From Octopus vulgaris (taxonomy: Eukaryota), in contig OX597830.1 of the NCBI GenBank assembly GCA_951406725.2, positions 4,898,001 to 4,962,000 of the forward strand: DNA of 64,000 bases, given 5' to 3'. The notes under the pieces are model-generated. The model was not told the origin of the DNA. It made no database searches and saw nothing but the letters and a program-made list of their open reading frames with translations. The position numbers and the translations under genes were made by a program. The first letter of the stretch is position 1, and every line of letters begins with the position of its first letter. Positions 53,527 to 64,000 of this stretch are shown one piece after another.

Positions 53527-53734
53527 ATGTTTGACTTTTGCTTTGTATTTATACAAGTTGGCTCCGAGTCTCACCCAAAGACCTCAAGGGACAACAAATT
53601 AGAAGTTCCTGTTGGTGTTATGCCTAGGGTGCCATATATTTGGTTTTACACGAAGTATTGTTACAGAGAATGTTTAAGAAAACATAAGAAAATAATAAAT
53701 TTGAGATTACACAGACAGTATCTTACGTGTTTTA
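53527..53734 (-). mobile_element. Probable 3' end of an RLE-type (R4/NeSL-like) LINE
   Basis: Minus strand ...RKILSV* followed by a 3' UTR (cccttgaggtctttgggtgagactcgg) ending at an (AAT)n tract. Confidence 0.4.
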
Positions 53735-53888
53735 GTGCTCCCCCCACTTACTTCTGCTTGTGATCAGAGATGCACATATTGTCAGCCACGAAGGCTGAAT
53801 TAGTTAATGTCAAGCAACTAACAAGCAAATCGGTGGTATGGATCAGAATATTTGCTGTAGCCCATCTTTCATACCAAGACATACAAAA

Positions 53889-53948
<60 letters not shown>

Positions 53949-54557
53949 AGCATTTGTTTATATTTCTGTATTTTTACATATATTCATCTTCTGTTTCCTA
54001 CATTTTATTCCCTATTTCTATGATCTTTTCTTTCATAGTTTTAAAATTATCTTTTTTATTCTTCATCACTCCATTATATTTGTTCACTCTATTTCATTTA
54101 TTTCCTGTTTTCATTCGCATTCATTTTGTTAGTCATCACCCTTGATTCCATCTATTATTGTCACTGCTAAACGATTATGACTTATAAATTAATTCTCAAA
54201 ACATCCAACCATTCCTCAACAGACAACAGATTCCAAAGAGGTCAACAACTTGCTCCTATTTCCACCAGCATTCCCATAACATTTGAAATGATGGCCAATA
54301 GAACTACATACCAACAGTTGAACCAGCAGTAAATAAAAAACTAAAAATTACACCCACGCTGACACCATATAACCTCACATCTACATAGAAGAGCCACTTA
54401 AACCCTACTCCTCTCTCCAACCAATTAATGCCTAACCAGCTTTCAAAACTGCAAAAAGAACCCAAAAAGAAAAGAAATCCAAAAATGTAGTTTCCAATCT
54501 CCTTGCTATGTTGACCAAACCTAATTATCATATTCCTCACATAAAACTCCAACTCAT

Positions 54558-54802
54558 TGGGTCTGAAATGGATGCTAGAATTGCTGGTTCTGGTGCAGCT
54601 CTGGTGCCAGCTCTGGCATTCGATCTTCAGAAAAGGGGAGGTTGGCAAAAATGCCAGGCTCACTATCTTCAATTCTGTTTTTGTGCCTATCTTCACCAAG
54701 GGTCACAAACATTGTGTAATGACTGAAAGTTATGATAAAAAATACAAACAGTCAAAATAGGGTTCGTTCAGAAGACCTCTGGAGTAATATTAGTCAACAG
54801 AA
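54558..54802 (+). mobile_element. RTE LINE fragment (Expander/Rex3-like RT C-terminus)
   Basis: MDARIAGSGAAL / QLWHSIFRKGEVGKNARLTIFNSVFVPIFTKGHKHCVMTE resembles the RTE 'AKLSIY.SIYVPTLTYGHE.WVMTE' motif. Confidence 0.75.
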
Positions 54803-55254
54803 AACCAGCACCGCACTCACATCGTTCTTACTACTATTCACCACTATTTACAATTCATTCACTTCACCTGATGACTCCCCATGTAATTCACAAGGCCACC
54901 ATAATTAATATATTTATGAGCATCACTTATTAAACCAGCATGTAATTAGGATGATGAATTACAATGTGGACACTGGCAGTTTGAAGGAAGACAGTTGTTC
55001 TTTTGGTTTATCTTCCTGTTTTTACATAACTGGTCTTGATGAATTACCCTTTGAGTTTTGAAATTTTGGAGCTGGATAAAGAACTCTCTCACAAATTTTT
55101 CAATGTTTTCTCTCCTAATATTCAGGTGTTCCAAATTATCTTTGAATTCGTCCTTATACCATAGAAGTGGCCGGCCTACACTGCATCGTGAATTTACAGT
55201 CATTATATTAAGTTCATTTTCCCACTACAGTTTCAGACCACCTTCTCAGGTTTC

Positions 55255-55725
55255 TCATCTTCTTCATGAGGTTCAACATCCTCAGATTACTTGGTTTCGC
55301 CGGTTCCTAACACCTGTGTTGCTTAATACTTCTTCCAGCTCTCATCCATCATAGGCCTCATACGTGCATACCAGTGGAGTCTTTTTTTCTGATTCTTCCT
55401 GTACCCAGTGTTTTCTTAGCACATTTCATGCAAGCTAACATTGCACATCCAACAGAGCCCCTTTGCAACCTTCATTCATCCTACATATCCAACGGCCATT
55501 TTGCACTACCATGCAACATTGCAGTCCATTCATCCCCATCTTTACAATCGTCTCTTCACCCACAGAGAGAAACACTTTGTCATCGGGGAAAGTTATAACT
55601 CCCTGACCTTCTAGCCTGTACTGATAATGTCTTCTACACTTCTTCAATATCCACCTTCATCGCTAATTATGTCACCTAAGTAACAGAACAGTCAACAATT
55701 TCTTGTGGAGGTGGGCTTTCAGTCA
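55255..55725 (-). mobile_element. Decayed RTE LINE RT fragment
   Basis: Minus strand EIVD..CYLGDIISDEGG...MLHGS..W...LCWMCNVSL...RLHWY motifs across frameshifts. Confidence 0.7.
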
Positions 55726-55750
55726 GTTGATAGAATTCCATTGCACTTAA

Positions 55751-56165
55751 AGGCACAGATGTGGCTGTGTGGATTTGAGGTTTGCCTCCCAGTCATGTAG
55801 TCTTCAGTTCAGTCCCACTGCACAGCACCTTGGGCAAAATGTGTGCTATCTACTATAGCTCTGGGCCAGCGAAAATCATATGTGTAAATTTGGTAAGATG
55901 GAAACTGAAAGAAGCCCATCATGTGTGTGTGTCCTTGTCTTGGCCTCATATGCTGATTCTAAAGAAACATCACCATCATACAAGTGTTGTTCATTTCCAG
56001 TCTTTCATGAAAATCATGTCAGGCCATTGGGAAATATTACTTTGCTTGACAGCAGATGAGACTCAGCAACTGGAAGAGCATCCAGCCATAGAAGATCTGA
56101 TTCACTGAATTCCATCTTGCCCAAACAAGAGTGGAAAATTTAACATGAAACAATGATGATGATAA
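55751..56165 (+). mobile_element. CORE-type SINE head with alternative (GAT)n-ending 3' tail
   Basis: ggcacagatgtggctgtgtgg...ttcagtcccactgcacagcaccttgggcaa...ggaaactgaaagaagccc...ggaagagcatccagcc...gatgatgat. Confidence 0.75.
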
Positions 56166-58905
56166 CTCCTCTTATTCACCTGCAACATATGAAATCCTTA
56201 TTCTCTGCCAACCTGATTCTTACTCCATATTTTATGTACTCACAGTTTCCATCTTCAGCATATTTACCACAGCCACTTCTCAGAAAATAGTAAAAGTTCT
56301 GTATTCTTTCTCGTTAGCTAAAACTTTTAAGCTTTTTTTCATTCAAAGCACAATTTCCATATTTGGAACATTTCCCTTAATTCTTCATGAAAAATATTTT
56401 TGTTTTTATGCCTGTTTCAACTTTCAAGAACAGTTTTCTTTGGAATATTCTGAATGTGTGACAATGAATAGCAATGAGGTCCATGTGTTGAGCATGAAGG
56501 AGGATCTGAGAAGAAGAGGCTGGAGAAGAATGAGTTGTGTCTTGTTTGATGTGCAACATTTATTTGAATGAAAATGCGAATGCAAAAGTGTTTAAAATAT
56601 GATTGAGTGTTAAAGACATAAACCAGTGGAATCTAGTAAGGTGTCTCTGCATGTATGGACTTCTTCTGAGATAAACATTGGATGGAATGTACTTATAACA
56701 TAGCATGGAAGAGAGGAAAGAAAATAATATAGTTCTATTCATTCCTTCATTTTGATCTTCCACTATACTCTACAACATCCAAATATACCACCAGAAGTTA
56801 AAATATTTTTCCTGGTAACGACTCTTATGAATATTTATAAATACATCCATATGAACATATTTGTGTGTGAGAGCATACACACACACACGCACACACACAC
56901 ACGCACACACACGCACACACACACACACACACACTTGAACATTTGTGCATTTGTATATAAATATATGCATGTAAATTATGAATATGTGTTTATAAATATA
57001 CATATTTTTTACTCTTTGACACTGTATTTGTTTAAGGCAATGTGATCAAGCTAATTTATGTGAATTATTATAATGATTAAAATTATATTTGAACGTGCAC
57101 ACATCAAAATGCTTTCTTCAATAAAATAAAACCATTTCTTGCAAAATATAAAAGAACACTCACACACATGCGTGTGTATGTGTGTGCATGCGTGTATCAT
57201 AAATTGTGTGAGCTTCTCTGACCAGAAGGAACTTGCTCCATATTTGTACCAGAACTGTCTGTTGAATGATATCAAAGGACATTGAATTACTTAATAAGAA
57301 CTAATAGTGCCATTATTGTAAACATTTTACCAGGAAATAATTACTGAGTAGCTGTATTTCTGGGTAAAACGAAATTATTGAAATGCAACTCATTCTTATC
57401 AATTCAAAATCAATAAATGTGTGTAGCACAACAAAAGTTAATTATAGATTCGGTAGTTATTCATGCTAAATAGTTTTATATTCCAATTCATCTTATGAAT
57501 CTATGAAATTATGGATGTTTAATTTTTGCATAACAACTTTGCCTGTACAATTTATCTAGGGTATTTACACACTCGGATATATTTGATATTTCAGAATCGT
57601 GCAATTTGTTTTGTTCCACTTGTAGAAACATCACTGCTATTGATTTCTTTTGATGAAACAGAAGATTACTCTGTAGAGGAATGCATTGCCAATTGAATCA
57701 AACTGTATATATTACTGGTATTCATATGTCCAAAAACAATGGGTGATATTAACGCAAAACATGAATAACTGGACTAAATAGCCAATATTCAGTTTAGTTA
57801 TTGTTAATATTTAATAGGGACTCATACTGCATGAATGGATAGTCATTCTGATTTCAATGAATGAATATTTCAGCTGGTCCAGCCCACAGGACTCTCTTTA
57901 CATATTGTGCTGTATTTGAGGGCCTTGAATACCCATTGCACACCCTCAGGTATGTTTCTTTAAATGTGATCTTTAGGCAAACTCTGTGTGTCACTGGGTG
58001 AGAAGCTGAGTCTTTGAATTACAGATAAAGTTCCTCCAGGGACCGTCTTCACTGTTTTCACAACCACATTACTCAATCTGACACTATGCTAGTAAAAACA
58101 CTTTTCCAAAGCACCATATGGTGAGCTCAAATCAAGAAGCTTTTGACTGAAAAGCAAACATCTTAACCAGCCAACTATGCAGCTCTATACGATACATGCT
58201 AACTCAACCATGTAGCTATATAACAATGATGCCACGCCCACTTAGCTATATAAGCCACAGTTTAGCACAATTATGGAGCTATATAAGGTATATCAATGTA
58301 TATTTCATATGAATATATGCCCTACCATGGGTCCTTAACTATTTGACAGACTCACATATCTTAGAATATGGCTTTGTCTTGAGCATTTTTAGTTCTCACA
58401 GAACCTGTCCTTTTCCAGAATAGACTACAGACTGGTTTTTTCCAGAAGAGGAGGAAGAGACAAACAGAAAGAATGAGCTACAGAAAGATAAAAGGTGATC
58501 CCTGTACTTTATCACGTCTGAAAGGAAGAAAATCAAAGTTGAGTTTGGCAGGATTTCAACAGCAAAACAATCTCTTTGACACTCTAAAAGCTCAACCGAT
58601 TGGACATCTACATTCAACTCAAACATGTTGTTGTGTAACATTGATATTAATATACATGTAATTCAATCCTATAAATAGTTATAGCAATATACAAGATATA
58701 GCAATATACATTTTATGCCACCTCAATTGTATGAGGCCGACATTGATATACATTTAATGCAGCCATGAAGCTATATAAGACATTTGTATCAATGTAATCC
58801 AATCAGTGTTACATCTATATTAGTTGTCTTATATTCAATCAGAGGTGTATATAGTCTGCTTGTGCTCAGTGATGGCTACACACACACACACACGCATGCT
58901 ATATG

Positions 58906-58939
<34 letters not shown>

Positions 58940-59849
58940 TAAACTCACTCAATAATATAATCATGGATCATGATAGGAAACTAATTTTTTCTGTCTCCTG
59001 TTATGAAATATTGTGGCAGTTTTTCCAAGATAGCACTGCACACTCCACGTGAATGCTATGGTGCTGGCTGGAATGGCAGAATAATGGGAAACTGCCAAAA
59101 ATAAGGACTGAAAAGTGAGTGATTTTCTTTATAATAATTCTGTTCTTGCTATATCATGATATAATCTGGTCATAATTTGTTTTCAAATCCAATAATACAC
59201 ACTCAGAAACAAAGATTTAATCATGTAGAAGCCAAATTGTGGACAGAAATAGCTTAAAGTTTCAATGCTTGTTTGTTTTTTAGTAATGCTTATAGAGAGG
59301 TGTAGGTTCACCATGTAACACAGAACCCATCGCTATAACTAACCACCAAAATACTACAATACTAGTATATATTTAAACTAACCATACAGCAAACAACACT
59401 GCTAGGAATACACACATTTCACCAAAATAGATATTGTTGCTTGATAGTTCAAATTTTTTCTTTTGAAAATAAATTTACGGTATTTTTAATATCATTCTAC
59501 GATTTCCAATGTTTAAATCACAGAGATAAAACATAAATTGATGTTTCATTCATATGTTATCCTTGTGAGAGGGGGTTAGGTGAAGTAAGTATGAGTTAAT
59601 TACTGCATGCCGATGGTATTGTATGGCTCTGTGTCTCAACATTGCTGGCTTTGTGCTTAAATTAGAAATGATGAGTATAAACAGCAAGATGAAAAAGTCA
59701 TTGGTTAATATGAAGTTTTAAGAGTGGAAGGTTCAAGTTGGAGAGGAGGAAGAGCAAAGGAGAAGATGAGACTAGGGAAAGGAATCAGATCCATGCAATT
59801 AGCAGCCTTTCAGGTGAGAAAAGTTTACTAGTTAGACATTTCTTTAGAA

Positions 59850-60206
59850 AGAGGAGTCAGAGAATTATTAGCATAGCAAGCAAAATACCTTGTAGTATAT
59901 AGTTACAGCACTGTATATTTCAAGTTGAAATCCCACTATGATCAACTTTGTCTTTAATCCTGTAGAGGCTGATATATAAAGTACCAGTGAAATACTGAGT
60001 CAATGGAGTAGAAGTAATTAATCCCTACCCTCAAAATTGCTGGTTTGTACCTAAATTACAAATAATAACAATAGTAATAATGGTCCCACATTTTGGCACA
60101 AGGCCAGTAATTTTGTGTGAGGTGTAAGTCAATTGCATCAACCCCAGCACTCAACTGGTACTATTTTATCAAACTCGAAAGGATGAAAGGCAAAGTTGGC
60201 CTTGGC

Positions 60207-60242
<36 letters not shown>

Positions 60243-60455
60243 TAATAATCTTTTCTGCTATAGGCACAAGGCCTGGATTTTGTGGGGAGGGAGAGAGTTG
60301 ACCACATTGACCCTAGCACTCAGCTGGTATTTATTTTATCGATCCCAAAAGGATGAAAAGCAAAGTCAACCCTGTCGGAATTTGAACTCGGAACATAGAT
60401 GAAATGCCAGCTAAGCATTTCACCCAGCATGCTAATAATTCTGCCAGCTTGCCAA
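59850..60455. mobile_element. Three tRNA-derived SINE copies (one +, two -) around an (AAT)n tract
   Basis: Plus copy at about 59850-60060; minus copies at about 60085-60207 and 60250-60455 (ggatgaaaggcaaag, aatttgaactc). Confidence 0.75.
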
Positions 60456-61531
60456 CTTATTATTATCACTATTAATAATAATAATATCAATCATTATTAT
60501 ATGAGAGAATATCAAGTTGTTCATGGATGGGTACATGTGACTGCATCGTAGATTATGTGTTTTAAGATAGACAGAAATTGTAAAAGTTGTGCTGTTAAAA
60601 CTGAACTGTTATATGAACTAGAGGACTTTAGTTTCACAGATTTAATGACCTTTAAAACAGTGTATACATCTGTGCACATGTATGCACACAAATGCATTTT
60701 ATTCCTTTTTTACATGTTTCAGTCACTGGAATGCAGCCATGCTGCAGTAACCTTTCAAAGGGTTTTAGTTAATCATACCAATTCTAGTAATTATTTTAAT
60801 TTGGTAATCATTTCATCACTATTAATGAAATGGTTAAGTTTTACTTTATTTTATTTTTTAATGTAAAATCCATAACTGAAAGCTAGACACCACCATCACT
60901 CCTATATCCACACAACTGGCCTCCATGCAGTTTCCATCCCCTCAAATTTTCCTCACTTATTATTAGCCAACCTGAGAGAGGAATAAAAGACAAAAGGCAT
61001 TCAACCAAGGTGCAGCATTATAGGACTAAACTTAGAACCAGGTGATTATGAAGTGAAATTCTTAACCTGCCGAAACATATGGAACTCAATGCTATGAAAG
61101 TTTTCTGATTACAGAATAATGTAGAGAAAGCTCTGCTAGGCCATACATAACATTTAATGACCACAAGGTTTCATTTAATACTGAAATTCTTGTGACATAC
61201 AATGATTCTAATTATGTCAGATTTATCTACATTGCTTGATGATTAAATGGCTTTTGAGTCATTCCTAATCTTATGTTTCACATCAAATATATGTTAGTAT
61301 CACTGATTCATATTTTAAATTCTAACATATGTTCAAAAATACATCTTCATTTAACTACTAACTCTATAACTTGATACTATTTTGAACTGTAACTGTTTCG
61401 TTTTATGATAGAATTTTCATTAAAGATTTGTAACCATCACCTTTTCTTTTTAATTTCAAGTTTACTTCAAATTAACAAAATATAACTTGTTTTAAATCTC
61501 TCAGCAAGAGATATACAGTAACAGTACCGGA

Positions 61532-61639
61532 TAGTAAAGTTTATTAGCCAGCATAATGTGGTGGCCCTATAAAGCTTAAACAACAGTGGCATTGTCCTTT
61601 ATAGGACTGTCACATTCTGTTGACAAATAAACTTTACTA
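61532..61639 (+). other. 108-nt imperfect hairpin (43-nt arms); candidate pre-miRNA-like or MITE-derived structure
   Basis: tagtaaagtttatt-agc-cagca-t-aatgtggtggccctataaag / ctttataggactgtcacatt-c-tgttg-aca-aataaactttacta, with a 22-nt loop. Confidence 0.6.
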
Positions 61640-62510
61640 ACAAAATATAGTTTTCAGTTCAAGTTAAAATCCATTGCTCTTCATAGAATTTACCAAAGTT
61701 GTGAGGCTAGGTGTGACTCATACATTGCATGTTATAATAGAATATACAGGAAATGTTTCAAATTTCCATCACTTGACTAATTTTCTTTGAACATGGTAAT
61801 ATTCCATTGATTTTAATTAGAAAATGTATAAAATGCTAAAATAAGCAGTAATAAGTAGACTAATTGGCTTGTAATTGCCTGGGATCATCAATAATTTATT
61901 GATTTAAAATGTTTAACACTGTTTTTCATTAATTAACTGAAAGAAGAGGGACAGTACCCATGAAATTGTTGGCTTTGCCATGATGATAAGACTAATGGCT
62001 AACTTGGGTTTGTATAGGTTTCATTGGTAAGAAGGAAATGCTAGGTGTCTGTGATGCTGACTTAGAATTTAGGAAAGTGATTAATAATATTGTGATGGGT
62101 GAGGTGGTATGGATTATGAGTGGAGGAGAGGCAATAGGTATAGTAGACTGGATCATAGAGTATATTTAGCTTTCTAGAAGTAATGAAAGTAGAGTATTAT
62201 CTGGTGAGAGGTCTCTAACACATCTGTGGATAATGACTGTGAATGGAACATTAAAGAGGCTAGCACAAATGTGTGCATTATATTAGTTAGAAATAGCAGC
62301 AAAAAGACCAGTAGTTACAGACAGTGGGGAGACTGGTGATAGAACTAAAATTTGAAGTACATCAGAGCTTATGGAATGTGTATCAAAGGTTGTCATGTCA
62401 GTGCACACAGCAATGGAACGGTCTGACAGGAATTTCTTTTCCAAGAGTTAATACCAAGAAGTGGGGAACTTAGTTCAAAGGTTTATTACCAGAGACTATC
62501 AGTGGTTTTG

Positions 62511-62740
62511 GTTAGCTGGCAGAATTGTTAGCACGTTGGGCGAAATGCTTAGTGGTATTTTGTCTGCCGCTACATTCTGAGTTCAAATTCTGCCGAGGTT
62601 GACTTTGCCTTTCATCCTTTCGGGGTCGATTAAATAAGTACCAGTTACACACTGGGGTCGATATAATCGACTTAATCCGTTTGTCTGTCCTTGTTTGTCC
62701 TCTCTGTGTTTAGCCCCTTGTGGGTAGTAAAGAAATAGGT
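62511..62740 (+). mobile_element. tRNA-derived SINE (GCCTTTCATCC-core family), young near-full-length copy
   Basis: agctggcagaattgttagcacg...gagttcaaattctgccgaggttgactttgcctttcatcctttcggggtcgat...ccgtttgtctgtccttgtttgtcc...aaagaaataggt. Confidence 0.9.
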
Positions 62741-64000
62741 ACATGCAAAATAGTTTACATTCTTTTAATAAATTTCAGTAATTTAATTACATCCACCAAT
62801 GAAAAATATTTGGAAGAGTAAATCCATAATGCATAGGTGACAGGACTGAAAACACCGTTATTACAAATACAAGTTTTTAAGTAAAAATGCAAAACTAACC
62901 TTACACATGGTTTATGAAGGGAAGGCTACTGATATTTTGATCGAGGGTTTGAGATATTTTTCACAAATTTTTATTTAGAAAATTATCTGCTACTTTTCTC
63001 ACCAGGAAATAACTACTATTTTGGAAGAATTTCAAGATTATAAAATTTAAACATCGGCATAACTATGTTGTTAGAAAGTTTGTTTGGCATTTCCATGGTT
63101 TCATGTTTTTAGCATCACTGCTTTAGTTGCACATCGAGCAAATGTCATTTATTGCCCAATGCCATGAGAATGAACTCAGTAGAGAGAAACTGAATGAAGC
63201 TGATTCTGTGTGTGTGTATGTGTGTGTGTGAGCATGCATGTGCAACTGTTTGTAAATTTTGATATTTTGCTTGTGACCGAGTAAAAAACATTGGCATTGT
63301 GGTTGGTCATTCAGTGATTTTCAATACCTGTGAAATATCGAAATCTCTTACTGAAGAAACAGATGAGTATCAGTGATGGGAAAAGAGTCCAGCTACGAAA
63401 TCCAGCTTCAAAGTCACTTGTCATCAAAGCCCTACAAGCATCGGAAAACAGATGTACAAAAAGAAAGAAAGAAACAGGATATTGTTTACTGACCAAGAAA
63501 CATATTTTTTAGAATTAACTGGATCCATTGCCACTTCAATAGATCTATGAAATTCTTGGTTATACTATTTAAAGAAATTTGACATTATGTTGTTTGAGTT
63601 ATGAATTTTATAAACTAACCTCTAAGCATCAGCCTGGAGACCTGGAGAGAGATGGAACCATAGATCAGAGTGAAGGCTTACAGACAAATAAAAAAAAGAG
63701 ACAGGAAAAAGGGCATGTCTCTATTATTGAATTAACATGAGATCTTAGCTGTTCTTTAATCATGTCTGAAATAAGAGTTCAACTGCTATAAATCTTCTCA
63801 TATTATGTAACTGGAAATCTGAAGAAAATACGTTTGTACTGAGTGAATTGGGTGGCATCATCAGCATACCATTTCTTTTGATATTGGAATTATGGTTGAA
63901 GGATTAGTCTGGGAATATTTAACACATTTTCGTTTTGCATTTGTCCTTGATAAAACTCATTGATAACTTGCCTATTTGTTTTGCTAATTACATCAATTGT

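Noticed and set aside
57324-57369. Small hairpin ttttaccaggaaata...tatttctgggtaaaa
   Set aside because: Short and AT-rich, within chance expectation or a minor MITE remnant.
57874-57949. AG...GT-bounded 76-bp segment (tttcag / CAG|gtatgt) as the next exon
   Set aside because: The phase-compatible translation AGPAHRTLFTYCAVFEGLEYPLHTL has no TSP1 character, and the polypyrimidine tract is weak.

Overview
AT-rich eukaryotic DNA, most likely an octopus (cephalopod) genome, judged from the SINE families and the dense (TA)n, (AAT)n and (GAT)n microsatellites; this assignment is an inference. The window looks almost entirely intronic. The only convincing host-gene coding sequence is one 107-bp internal exon (26705-26811, +) encoding a thrombospondin type-1 repeat of the THSD7A/B type. 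The rest is transposon debris: two tRNA-derived SINE families, RTE, CR1/L2-like and R4/Dong-like LINE fragments, a non-autonomous Helitron and MITEs. The most notable signal is a set of five type-I hammerhead-ribozyme motifs in short Penelope-like elements next to (TA)n tracts. One has the conserved core intact and lies inside a perfect 138-bp palindrome (28853-28990), so both strands encode the same ribozyme with its own antisense copy directly upstream. A 108-nt hairpin at 61532-61639 is a candidate structured RNA. Nearly all ORFs in the supplied track are microsatellite or repeat artefacts. Repeat boundaries are approximate and were read by eye.
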